From: Zootoca vivipara
Taxonomy: Eukaryota
Direction: 5' to 3'
NCBI RefSeq assembly: GCF_963506605.1
Contig: NC_083289.1
Coordinates: 27,962,001 to 28,026,000 of the forward strand
DNA length: 64,000 nt
Part shown: positions 12,653 through 23,370 of the stretch, in pieces
Numbering within the stretch: the first letter of the stretch is position 1
How the letters are laid out: each line of letters starts with the position of its first letter
Notes under the pieces: generated by a model
The model's database searches: none
What the model was told of the DNA's origin: nothing
The model's input: only the letters and a program-made list of their open reading frames with translations
Position numbers and translations under genes: made by a program

Positions 12653-14745
12653 GCCGCATTGTTGCATCCATAGACTTGCTGCGCTGAGCCTTCCAAGGTA
12701 CCAGGAGCTCCTGGTGCCCCCGCCCAAACCAGAACTGCCCTATGGACTGTGAATGGACAGAAGAGGCCCTGCGGGGTTGGGCACTTGGGCCACGTCCTCT
12801 CACCCTGCGCTGGGGCACCTGTGTGTTTCTGCGCTGCCCTGGACTCCTTGCAAACAATGGCCGGAACCTGCAGAGAACAGAGCGGGCACTCCTAAGCCTT
12901 GAGGTGCAGGGGTAGCCTGCTCTCCGGCTGCTGCAAGGATGCTCAGATGGGCAGAAGGGGAGACACTTTGGCCCAGGCTGTCGTCCTAGGTCAGAGGAGC
13001 CAGACCCAAACCCCACCGGGCTGCGGCAGAACAAGAGACTGCAAGGAGGCTGCAGAAGGAGGCCCTGTCTTTGCCTGCCCTTCCTTCCAAATAGAGCACC
13101 CTCTGGGCCAAGATGTGGCACCTGCAAGCTCTCTCAGTGGGTGGGTGTGTTGTGTTGTGTGCATGGGGTGGAGTCTGGCTTCTCGTGAACTCTGTGGGGT
13201 TAGGGGGAGAATCTGTTGAATGTTTAGGGTGTTTGCTTGGTGTGTGGAAGTGTGAGAGGGGGGCTCAGGTGCCATGTTGCGAGGGGGGGGGACACACGCC
13301 CACCAAACACAGATACCAGGCCTGCCCTTCGGACTCTTGCACACTCTAAGTTTGGCTGTCTGCCACTGTGAATTCTGCCTGGGCTCCAGCACAGAGCTGC
13401 CTCCTGCCCAGGCCAGGTATGTGGAAGGGCAGGCCCTGGTTTGGCCACTCGCAACAGCAGCCCCAGCGCACCCCCCACACTTCCCACAAGTGCACTTGCA
13501 CAAGCCTTGTGTGTTGGTTGTGTTTATTTTTACATAAAAGTTGACGTCTCCTTTGACAACGGCTTGGGCCTGACCTCTCTAATCGCTGCCCAGCCTTCTC
13601 ACACCACCAAGGCTCCCTGATCCCTGCCTCTCAACCCTCTCTGGCAGCCCCGGTGGCACGGTGTGTGCTTTGGAGCCTCCAGGTCCCACCAGCATCCCTG
13701 TGTGCCCCTTGAGTGCTGGGAGCTGTGGCACATACCTATGGGCAAAGTCTCAGCCTCTACCACCAGGGGAATCTGGGCAGAATGGCTGCTGCTGCCCCTT
13801 TGGGCCATGTTGCAATCCTGCCCCCCCCCCTTTCTGGCTGCATGACTAGAAATGGTTCCGAATGGGGCAAAGATCAAAGGGTAGAAGGAAACAAAAGCAG
13901 GCCAGGGGACTTACAGGTGCTGAGTTTTATTAGTAGCAGACAAGATCACAACAGGTTTTGTAAAAAGAGGGTGGGTATTTAAGGCTTTTGGAAACAACCA
14001 CCAGCCTCTGGATTGCAAGTGCATCCACAACCCCCCCCCCCCGCCAGCTCAAATAACTGGCCAGAAAATTCAGATCCAACCCCCCACCCCAACCTGCCAA
14101 TATCACAAGTGGGCCAGAAGTGGTGACTGCACTTGTCTTTACACCAACTGCTCTCCTGACAGCTGATCTCCAAGTGGGGAAGGTGAGAAGCTGGAAAGAG
14201 TTTGCAAAGGAGTGGGCAATTGTTAGGAGCTGCTGTCCATTTGCCAGGGTGCGAAAGCCAGTCCAGGGCCCACAAAGAGACAGGCAGAGTTGGAGGCAGC
14301 CCTTGCTGCAGCAAAGGCACAGAGTCGGTGGGAATGTCAGTGTAGGTACAGCAGCACCGGGGAACAATGATCGTCATCGCCCAGGATAGAAACCTCCTTG
14401 GAGTGTGACTTTTCTGCTGCAGGTGAGAAGAGTCCAGTGCTCAGCACTCAGCCAAGGTCTTCCCTGTCCCAGGCTGCCATAAAGCAAGAATTCATACAGA
14501 CCATGGCTCCCAGCATGCCTTGCTCCACACCCAACTCTCCAAGAACAGCAGTAGGGGGGATGAGGCTCAAAGACACCCCACCCTGTCAAGAGCCTGGTTG
14601 CTGTCCAGACCTAGAGCTTGGGTGGGGTTGCAAGGCAGGATCTTCCCCTTGGCACAGCTGTCCTCGGGCGGCTAGAAAGAGGTGGTTTGTTCCCTCTGTA
14701 GAGAGATGGAGGCATCTTCCAGCAGGAGGGAGAAGTAGGGAGGAA

Positions 14746-17700
14746 TCAGAGCACAATTTTGAAGGAACTGCGAGAGAAAAGGGAAGAGGAGGAATAATGA
14801 GTTTGATTTTGCAAACTTGGGACTGCAGGAGCTCATAGGCAGAATACTCCCAAGGGAGGCTCCTGAAGCATTCACACATGCACACACCCCTGGCTGTGAG
14901 CTAGCTGGTCAACCAGGGAACAAGCCCAACCCCAAGTGAAGCAAGGGAAGGGCAGAAGGTACCTGGTGAAGTCTGGGGAGCGGGAAATTATGTGCTGGAA
15001 CTCGGAGAGGTTGATGGTCCCATCTTTGTCAATATCGGACTCCTCCAAGATCTGATGGAAACAAAGGAGCCTTGTGGGGCAAGAGCAGCAGCAGTTCCCA
15101 GATTGGGCCCACCTTCCTCTTCACTCCACCCAGGGAGAGAGATGAGAACTCGAACCCAGCTCCCCAGCAGCAGTAGCCCCACCTTGGCTGGCACTCACGT
15201 TCTGAATGAGCTGGTCCATCTCCATGGCACTCAGCCTGCTGTCCTCGCCTTCCCCCGTCAGGCAATTCACCAGGTTCTCCAAATCCTTCTTGTCAAGAGT
15301 TCCATCATCATCAAAATCTGGGGGTGCGGAGGAGAACCGACCATTAGTTGGCGCTTGCTGAGCTTGCTGAGGTCCTTTTGTTTTGAGCGGGGAGGCCTGC
15401 TTTGCTTCTAAGAAAGAAGCAGGCCACTTTCAGCAAAGCTCTGAGGGGTTAGTCTAGATTTCTCCACTGCTTTTGAGAAGGGACAAATGGATACTGCAAG
15501 GGACTGCGAGGTGAGCCCTGCAGTCCTGGGGAACATGTGGCGCTCAATATGTTTCTGGGTAATCCCTCACCCACTGGCCATGCTGGGATTCCAACCAAGT
15601 CCGAAGGAACATGGATTCTCATATATCCTGGTGGGGGGGGGGTCAAAGAGGCAGAGACCACCTTCCTGCCTCCATGGCAACAGCCACCTAGGCATCAGGA
15701 GCCTAAGAACAACCCGCTGCATCAGGCCAATGGCCCATCTTGTCCAGCATTCTGTTCTCAGAGTGGCCAACCAGATGCCCCAAAGGAAAGCAGGATCTGA
15801 GCACAGCTACAGGCATTCAGAAGCATTACTCTGCCCGATCATGGAGACATAACATACCATAATAGCCTTCGTAGTGCTCCTTGGGGACTCAAAGGCCAGC
15901 CCAGGCTACTTCAAGAAGCCAGAAGGGTTTCCCATTGCTCATCAAGTCCAGCAGTGCCCAGGCAAGGGAGATAAAAGCCACTTCCCAACTGACCCCTTCC
16001 TAACATGGGGTAAGCAAGGAGATCTGCCACCTCCAGATGTTGAGAAGGTCCTTCACCCATGCCTGTTGGTAGCCATCAATCCTCAAATTTTTCTAATCCT
16101 TTGACCAAGCTGCTGGGAAGCCAGCGCCATCCTGTCTCGAGGCTAAGAATCCCATCAGCTCGTTTTGCACACTGTGTGCCAATCCGTATCCCCGCGCGGC
16201 TCTTGCATTTCAGCTCTTTCAAAGAGAGTGCGGCTGCACTCTTGGCTCAGCTCACAGAAAGTCTCCCAACAAAGTGCTCCCACTCTCGCTCTCTCGCAGA
16301 CTAAGCCCCAACCAGGCTGGAACTCACCAAAGATGCGGAAGGCATAATGCGATTTGATCTCTGGTGTTGCAGAGTCGCTGAAGACGCTCAGCATGTCCAG
16401 AAAGTCCTCAAAGGACAGGCCGCCTTCCCTGTCATCCGTGGTAGAGAAGACATGGCAAATGCGGTGCCGGAAGGGGTTTGCCTGGAAGCACAAAGAGGGG
16501 AGGGGGGACTGTAAGGAGCTTCCTCCAGTGTGTTTATCTAAAGCCAGTGCAGGTGGAAAGGAACAGAAGGCTTAACCCATACCAGCAAACTGGCCCTACA
16601 GATCTACCCCGTGGCAGGGATGGAGAAATGTGTTGGGCTCTCCAAGTGATGCTGGATGTCCCCTGCCCCCAGTGATCATCTCTAGCCAACATAGCCAATT
16701 ATCAGAGATTAGATTTCTTTGCAATACCTATATCCCCACTTTCATTATAAATGATTTCAGGACAGGTCCCAACAGTAAAAACTATATAAATCCAATCAAA
16801 AGTTGGGACAAAAATCTGCAGCTTATGGTATAGTACAAAGATCACTCCCCTCGTGCTCCTCCTCCACTACACAGGCCTAAACTCAAAAGACCTAGAGGAA
16901 GGCACCGGCTTACTGGAGGATGTGATTGTTCCACAACCAGGGTGCCACCACTGAGAAGGCCCTATCCTGAGTCCCAGCACCCAGGACCTTGTTTGGTGAT
17001 GGTACCACCAAGATGGCCATCCTGGCACATCTCAAGTCACAGGCTGGACAATACAGGGAGGGAGAAGACTGCCTTCAAAGGTGGGCTCTGGGCGCTTTAG
17101 GGCTCTACATATCAAAAACAAAACAATGAGTTGAGCTCACTAGCAAATAGATGGGATGTGCAGCCCAGCCACAGCTCTTGGATGCCACCCAGCTGCAGGT
17201 CACAGAACAATAAACATGCCCAGGGCCTCTCCTGAGAGGCAAACAGTGTTCCCCTCCCCTCCCAGCATACCCGCAGCTCAGGCAGCATCAAGATCTTGCT
17301 CTTGGGGATCCTTGTGGTGAAAGCCTGATCCCGGTCCTCCTTGGGCAGCAGTTCACTGAATCGCTTGTGGGCCCTGGAAGAGAAGACAGCGGGCAATGCC
17401 AGCCAAGTTCCTTCCCGCCTGGATGGGTGCCCTGCCCAGCTGGTGCCAGCTTTCCATCAACCCTGCGGCACCAGCTCCTCCTCTATGGCTGCTCTTTGTT
17501 ACTGTGGGGAGGGTGTTTCCCCTGTGCTGCCCTATGCCTGGCAGTGCCCTCCTCCTCATCCCACTTATGTACCCACCCTCAGCTTGGAGAATTCCCACAG
17601 ACATCCCCACAGGTGAAGCTGCAGGTGCCTCTGAACCCTTGAGCAAAGTCTTCCTGCCAACCCAGGGCTGAGGCCAGGGGGAGGGGACTGGACCTTGGCA

Positions 17701-18370
17701 TTCCCAGGGGAGGGGGAGGGCCACAGCAGCTCCGTGATGGGACACCCAGTTCAACCCCTGCTTGTATCTCCAGCAGATACTTTTAGTACCCCTCCCTGCG
17801 CCAGTAGAAATAGCTTGGCTACCTTAAAATCATAGAACTGCAGAGCGGGAAGGGACCCCAAGGGTCATCTACTCCAACCCCCTGCAATGCTCTTGGGAGT
17901 CAGGCAAGCTTGCTCAGCGATGGCAGGGTCGTTGGGAAGCCTGTCTCCCCACTGCTCACACCCAGGCACCCTAGAAAGAGCCCCACGAAGGAGGGGGGAA
18001 TGTACTCACAGCAGGATCTCTTGCTTAGTCAAGAAGGTCAGCTCCTAGGAAAGCAGGACCGGGAGGAAAGAGGGGAGAGAAGGTTAGTCTGCTGCCCCGC
18101 AACCTGGGGCTGCCCTCCAGACATGGCTGGACTGGACACCTCCTCCCAGAAGCCTGCACCATCTATGGGCAACAGGGATGAGCTGGAGTTCCGCCACATC
18201 TGGAGGGAAGCCCCCTTGGGGGGGGGGCAAACTGCCGCCCACGCACAACTTCTGTTGCTCCTCAGCTCCACCCCCACCCGCCCCCAAGCGGGAAAGGTTT
18301 AGAGAGCCCAGCAGCGTACCTGGTACTCCCCCAGGAGGTCTCGGGGTAGGCGGCTGCCAGAGGCCCCCAT
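14746..18370 (-). CDS. CIB1: Calcium- and integrin-binding protein 1 (190 aa)
   Basis: Exons (-): 18320-18370, 18010-18044, 17271-17373, 16328-16481, 15199-15317, 14963-15051, 14746-14767 (573 nt). Starts with myristoylation-type MGASGSRL; EF-hands DFDDDGTLD and [13 protein letters not shown]; ends SSFKIVL*. AATAAA on the minus strand at 13926-13931. Confidence 0.97.
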
Positions 18371-19080
18371 GGCGACGACGGTACAACTTGAGACAAACTA
18401 CGGGAACTTCCTTGTCTCCTCCTCCCCACTCCCCTCGACGGGACGTCACTGTCGCCAGGCAACTCCCCCGTAGCCCCGCCCACTCCGAAAGAAGGCAGGC
18501 GGAGCCCGGCATGACCCGTTGCGGGGGTGGGGATGTCCCGGGATGCGTCGTTGCTGGGCTGGCAGACTCCGAGGCATCTCCTCCTCCGCTCACCGGCCGG
18601 CCGGTTAGGACAGGATGGATGGAGGCCCCCTCTCCCACCATTCTCCGCACCAGGTAAGCTCCGGCGGCCGGAGCCGTCGAGGGGGAATCAGCGGCGATGG
18701 CATCCCGCGCCGTGGCCAAGCCGATGATGGGCTTCCTTCCCCAGATCAGTCGACGCTGCTGCCAGTCCCGCCCGACGACCGCGACTAAGGGAAGCGCCGC
18801 CCGGGACGTGGCCACGTGGCCCACCGGCAGTCCGACGTGAGCAGGACAGCGGCGGCAGGTGACGAAGAGGAGAGAGGGATCCGGCCGGACTTCGACTGCG
18901 GGGCCCAGGAGTGGTAGGAGACTAGGAGCGGGCCGGGCTGTGTTGCTTGTGGGGCAGCGGGGAGGCTGCAGTCTGGGCCCTGGGCGGCGTCCCCTTCGGG
19001 CTTTTTCGCCAACAGAGGCTGGGGCTGGCGAGTCCCCTGTGCGTTAAGGAGCCCGAGGGGGACGCCATGGTCGAGGAGTG
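18300..19080. promoter_or_regulatory. CpG-island bidirectional promoter of CIB1 and GDPGP1
   Basis: CpG-dense and GC-rich between head-to-head genes. X-box GTCGCCAGGCAAC at 18451-18463, GACGTCA at 18442-18448, palindromic GGCCACGTGGCC (E-box core) at 18810-18821. Confidence 0.8.
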
Positions 19081-19522
19081 AAGGGCACCCACTGGCGCTG
19101 CCTGGACTCCCAGCATGAGGAGCTCCCTCAATTTCTTGTGCTTTCAGGAAATAGTACAGCCCAGCAGGGCCACAGAGCAGCAATGGGGCAGGGAGTTTCA
19201 TCCTTCGCACTGACCCAGCCTTTGCCATCCTGGTGCCTCCATATATTTTGGACTACAACTCCCATCAGCCCCCAAACATCTGGAGGGCACCAGGTTGGCG
19301 TTTGCAAAGGAAGGGCTGGTGGTGCCAGCCTCAGACTCCTCCTCCACATATGTTTGGCCGTCCAGTCCAAAGCTGAGTTACCCAGCCTAACTGCAGGCAC
19401 TGAAAGCAACCAAGAACAGCTCTCTGGGGCTTCATTGTGGCTCTCTCTAATGCGGGCTCTTCTGCCTTTCTTAGTTCTATTTCAGAGCAGCAGAGGAGCC
19501 TCCGGTTGCCTCCACCCTAACC

Positions 19523-20686
19523 ATGGAGCTTGGCCCCACCAGCCATGAACCTCCAAGACCCCCATCACAGAAGGGCTCTGATCTCTCCTTTGCAGAGGTT
19601 TTTGCTTATGACGAGAGGGACTTTGTGCTGAGTGGAGTAGAGTGGCAGGAAAACAGAGGTAATTGTGGACCCCCTGGCCACACCATGTCCCGCTTTGACA
19701 GAGTTCTTCAGTCAGGCTGGAAGGACAGACAGAACCGGGGACTCTTCCGCTACTACTTAGAGGAGCTGCAGACCAGGATCCTGCCAGGGATGGTAGGATT
19801 TGTGGCCCAGCTGAACATCCAGAGGGGGTCAGAGAGAAGGAGACCCCAGGAGATCCGAAGCATCCAGCAGAGATTTGACCCCCAGCAGTTCAACTTCAGC
19901 AAGATCCGGCCTGAGGAGATTCTCTTTGGCATGTCCAGGAGCCAGACTTCTTCCAGGCCCTGCTTGATGGATGCACAGATCCTGCCTGGCTCTGCCTTTG
20001 TGCTTGTAGTGATCAATGTCAGCCCTTTGGAGTTTGGGCACATCCTTCTCATCCCTGATCCCACACTCTCATTGCCACAGATCCTCACCCCACAGGTTGT
20101 CTGCTTTGGCCTGGATGCCGTCCTCCTCAGTGGCCATCCTGGCTTCCGTGTGGGTTTCAACAGCCTTGGGGCCTTTGCCTCGGTCAACCACTTGCACCTG
20201 CATGGCTTTTACTTGAACTGGGAGCTGCTGGTTGAATCAGCCCCCTGTGAGCCCCTCCTGCCCGAAGCAAACTTCTATCTGCTGCAGGAGGTCCCAGTTC
20301 CCTGCTTCGTCTTCTATAGCGAAGGGCAGCAGTTAGAGGAGCTGGCACAGCGTGTTTGCCAGGTCACCAACTATCTGGTAAAGAAGGAGATCGCTCACAA
20401 CCTGTTCATAACCAGGGGTGCAAAACCAGAGGGGCCTGCCCACTCAGAAACCCGACCTGGAATCCGGATCATAGTCTGGGCCAGGAAATCCTATTTTGGT
20501 ACCAAAGAAGAATCGGCATTCAATGTGGCTCTCTGCGAGCTGGCAGGGCACCTGCCCATCAAAACTGCCCAGGATTTTGAGAGTCTCACAGAAGCACTGG
20601 CCATTCACACCCTTCAGAAATGTCTCCTCCCAGACTCTCTGTTTTCCCAGCTCCAGTGTGAGCTGGTGGCCCTCCTCAAAGAGTGA
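19523..20686 (+). CDS. GDPGP1: GDP-D-glucose phosphorylase 1 (387 aa, single coding exon)
   Basis: Intronless ORF with INVSPLEFGH and the HIT-like ASVNHLHLH motif, FNVALCELAGH; sits next to CIB1 as in mammals; AATAAA at 20808-20813. Confidence 0.96.
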   Translation: MELGPTSHEPPRPPSQKGSDLSFAEVFAYDERDFVLSGVEWQENRGNCGPPGHTMSRFDRVLQSGWKDRQNRGLFRYYLEELQTRILPGMVGFVAQLNIQRGSERRRPQEIRSIQQRFDPQQFNFSKIRPEEILFGMSRSQTSSRPCLMDAQILPGSAFVLVVINVSPLEFGHILLIPDPTLSLPQILTPQVVCFGLDAVLLSGHPGFRVGFNSLGAFASVNHLHLHGFYLNWELLVESAPCEPLLPEANFYLLQEVPVPCFVFYSEGQQLEELAQRVCQVTNYLVKKEIAHNLFITRGAKPEGPAHSETRPGIRIIVWARKSYFGTKEESAFNVALCELAGHLPIKTAQDFESLTEALAIHTLQKCLLPDSLFSQLQCELVALLKE

Positions 20687-21240
20687 CCTCACAGGGATGG
20701 TTGTGCTTCTGGAAATTCTGCTAATGTGTGCCTGTTCAGTAAGGAGAGGAGGGAGACCTCGTTTACCCACAAATGCCATGGTAGGAGGACATGCAAGATT
20801 GCTGGTCAATAAAGCATAAATTCAACTGAATTCCCATCTTTGTTCTTTTGACTCACAAGCTGTAACACAATATTTGCTTTCCTTAAAGCGCTTACATGAA
20901 GTCAGACCATTTGGCTCAGTATTGTCCACCCCGGGAGTAGCCAACATAGCCAATTAAGGGAATCGTAGCCCACATCTAGGTGGGCACCACTCTTGTTACC
21001 CCTGGTCTACAAGGCCAGGTGTGAGCTCTCTAAGGTATCAGGTAGGAATCTTTCGTGGCCCCACTGGGAGATACTGTCTGGACTTGGACTAGGAATCCTG
21101 CTCTGCACTGAGCTATAGCCCCCAAGCTTGTCTTGCATAGGCTGTTTAAAAGGGACTTGTGAGTTTAGTGCAGAGGTTTCTGCTGGAGCAAGGATGCTTG
21201 GCACCTGCAGGCTTACTCCAAGAGATTACCAGTAGTTACA

Positions 21241-21306
21241 GTTAGGTAGCCGTGTTGCTCTGGCGTAGTCAAAACAAAATTTAAAAAATCCTTCCAGTAG
21301 CACCTT
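21241..21306 (-). mobile_element. Penelope-like element terminal fragment, interrupted by Bov-B
   Basis: Reverse complement AAGGTGCTACTGGAAGGATTTTT...AACACGGCTACC matches and continues the sequence that follows the hammerhead motif in the copies at 21482 and 22436. Confidence 0.6.
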
Positions 21307-21442
21307 GTTGTTGTTGTTTAGTCGTTTAGTCGTGTCCGACTCTTCGTGACCCCATGGACCAGAGCACGCCAGGCACTCCTGTCTTGCACTGCCTCCCGCA
21401 GTTTGGTCAAACTCATGTTCGTAGCTTCGAGAACACTGTCCA
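21307..21442 (-). mobile_element. Bov-B (RTE) LINE 3' end, 5'-truncated
   Basis: (GTT)n tail followed by TTTAGTCGTTTAGTCGTGTCCGACTCTTCGTGACCCCATGGAC; near-identical reverse complement of 48482-48645. Confidence 0.85.
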
Positions 21443-21477
21443 CGAGTCTCTTGGACAAAAAAAAAAAAAATATCAGT

Positions 21478-21515
21478 GTATCTGAAGAAGTGTGCATGCA
21501 GACGAAAGCTCATAC
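21478..21515 (+). ncRNA. Minimal type I hammerhead ribozyme motif (Penelope-type), copy A
   Basis: GUAU-CUGAAGA-A-GUGUGC/AU/GCAGAC-GAAA-GC-UC-AUAC. Helix I GUAU:AUAC, core CUGANGA and GAAA, loopless palindromic helix III (AGCU). Confidence 0.7.
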
Positions 21516-21600
21516 CAATGACAAACATAGCTGGTCTCTAAGGTGCTACTGAAGATGAGCCCCTCAGTAGCATCTTAGAGACCAGCTATGTTTGTCATTG

Positions 21601-21638
21601 GTATGAGCTTTCGTCTGCATGCACACTTCTTCAGATAC
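21601..21638 (-). ncRNA. Minimal type I hammerhead ribozyme motif, copy B (antisense arm of palindrome)
   Basis: Exact reverse complement of 21478-21515. Confidence 0.65.
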
Positions 21639-22435
21639 ACTGATATTTTTTTTTATTTTTTTTTGTCCAAGAGACTTGTGCATCAAACATGAGTGCTAAA
21701 CTGAATATTTGTGATCCCTAAGCATTCCCAGTTAGAGCCCCTGTCAGTGTAGACAATACTGAGCCAGATGGACCAAGGATCTAATTTGGCACATCCTTAA
21801 TTTAACATCTTCCTATATAAACAAACTGTTGCAAAAAAGTAGGGTTGTATACAACGCCATGCTAGTGAAAGCCAGGGTGGGATAAGCATGAGCCTTGGGC
21901 ACTGGTTGTAGGGATCCTGTCTTTAGACAAATGCCCTAGTATTGCCTGAGCCATCCCTGAATAACAACAGTCCTGCAGCTGTTGGTGATATTTATTTGCT
22001 CAGCACACCTTCTCCAATTAAGAACATAAGAACCTACTGGATCAGGCCAATGGCCCATCTAGTCTAGCATCCTAGATGAACATCTGTCTGTGAGAAGCTG
22101 GCAAGTAGGATTTAAGCACAAGAACAGCACTACCCCTTCTTCTTGCTTTCAGAAACTGGTATTCAGAAGCATTGCTTCCTCCGACTGTGAAGGCAGGGAA
22201 AAGCCATATTGGCTAGTAGCCATTAATGGTCCTTTCCTTGAAGAAGAGTTCTGGATAACTCTAAAGCTTGCACACTTTGGCATGATAAAGGTGATTTCGG
22301 CTTCTTTCAGGGCCACCTTTTTATTTTACATCTATCTATTTATTTAATGACGCTTTATTAAAACAAGGTCAAGCAATGTCCAGATAAACACAAGGGAAGA
22401 AGAGAGGAGAGAGAATTGGCTTTCTAAAGCGATCA

Positions 22436-22525
22436 CTGAAGAAGTGTGCATGCACACGAAAGCTCATACCAAAATAAAAACTTAGTTGGTCTTTAAGGTG
22501 CTACTGAAGGAATTTTTTCTATTTT
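22436..22525 (+). mobile_element. Penelope-like fragment beginning at a hammerhead core (copy C)
   Basis: CTGAAGAAGTGTGCATGCACACGAAAGCTCATACC...TTGGTCTTTAAGGTGCTACTGAAGGA; perfect helix II, 5' strand of helix I missing. Confidence 0.7.
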
Positions 22526-22529
22526 AAAG

Positions 22530-23370
22530 CGGTCACAGGCAGCGAGGACTGAACTGGAATCTCCCCGACCGGATATCCGCTTCCTCTCTCTCTCCCCACT
22601 GCCATGTGAGGGAAGAGACGTCCAATAGGAATGAGCAAATCCGAGACGCGCGGCTTGACGGTCCATGTAAATCGAATTACAACGCGGGCCAACGGCGAGC
22701 GAGATCCTGTTTTGCGTCACAAAGAGCAGGTCGCCAGGCGATGACGAAATGCGGAAGCGCAGTGGGAAGGAAGCGGCGCTCCATCCTTCGAACCACCCTT
22801 TATGGTTGTGGCGCTTCGCCCCACCCCTTCGTCCGCGTCCGCCCGAGGGGGCGGGGCCCGCTGTCGGCATGGTGACCGCGTCAGGGCCCGAGGCAGCCCG
22901 AGGCCCAGGCGCCGCCGCCGCCGCCGCCGCCCCAGGGAAAGCCGCGGGGCCGGTAAGGAGCCGCCAAGAGGAATGAGTGGCGGTGGGGCGAAAGAGCCCC
23001 CAGGCCCGCCGGTGGCGGCGCAGCCCTGGGGTTTCCCCCGGGCGGGCCCGGGAAGCCTCGAAGGTGCACCGCCGACCTCTCCCCCCCCCGGTGACGCCTC
23101 TAGTCCCAGCAGAAGAGGGCCGCCGAGGACCCGCCTCCTCTCAGGGTGAACCTGAGGCCGCTTTAGTGCTGTCCTACACGCCGAGTCAGTGTGTGGATGT
23201 GAATCGGTCTGGCCCCAAAGCAACCCCGGCCAGCCTGGCGCCTTGGAGCCCAGAACCGCAGCCAGAACTAATAAGTCCTCGTAGGCCCAAACACCTGGAA
23301 GGCGGCGTCAGGCTGGCTAAGGCTGCCAAAGATGGGGTCGCTGGTACCCTGCAGGTGTAGCTGGGAACAG
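22530..23370 (+). promoter_or_regulatory. CpG-island promoter and 5' exon region of TTLL13
   Basis: CpG-rich, CCAAT at 22622, GC box GGGGCGGGG near 22848, X-box-like GTCGCCAGGCGAT at 22730-22742, strong donor CCG|GTAAGG at 22952/22953. Confidence 0.75.

Larger units (their letters stand above)
21441..21680. repeat. Long near-perfect inverted repeat (arms 21441-21552 and 21564-21680, 11-nt spacer)
   Basis: Arms are reverse complements apart from a few substitutions and poly-A/T length; spacer AGATGAGCCCC. Confidence 0.95.

Noticed and set aside
14374-14416. Alternative CIB1 last exon (SRKVTLQGGFYPGR*)
   Set aside because: An acceptor is plausible, but the conserved SSFKIVL* exon at 14746-14767 fully explains the gene and nothing supports this one.
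18084-18824. 246-aa minus-strand ORF over the CIB1 promoter
   Set aside because: Stop-poor GC-rich CpG island, no ATG start or recognisable domain; the real CIB1 exon 1 is in another frame.
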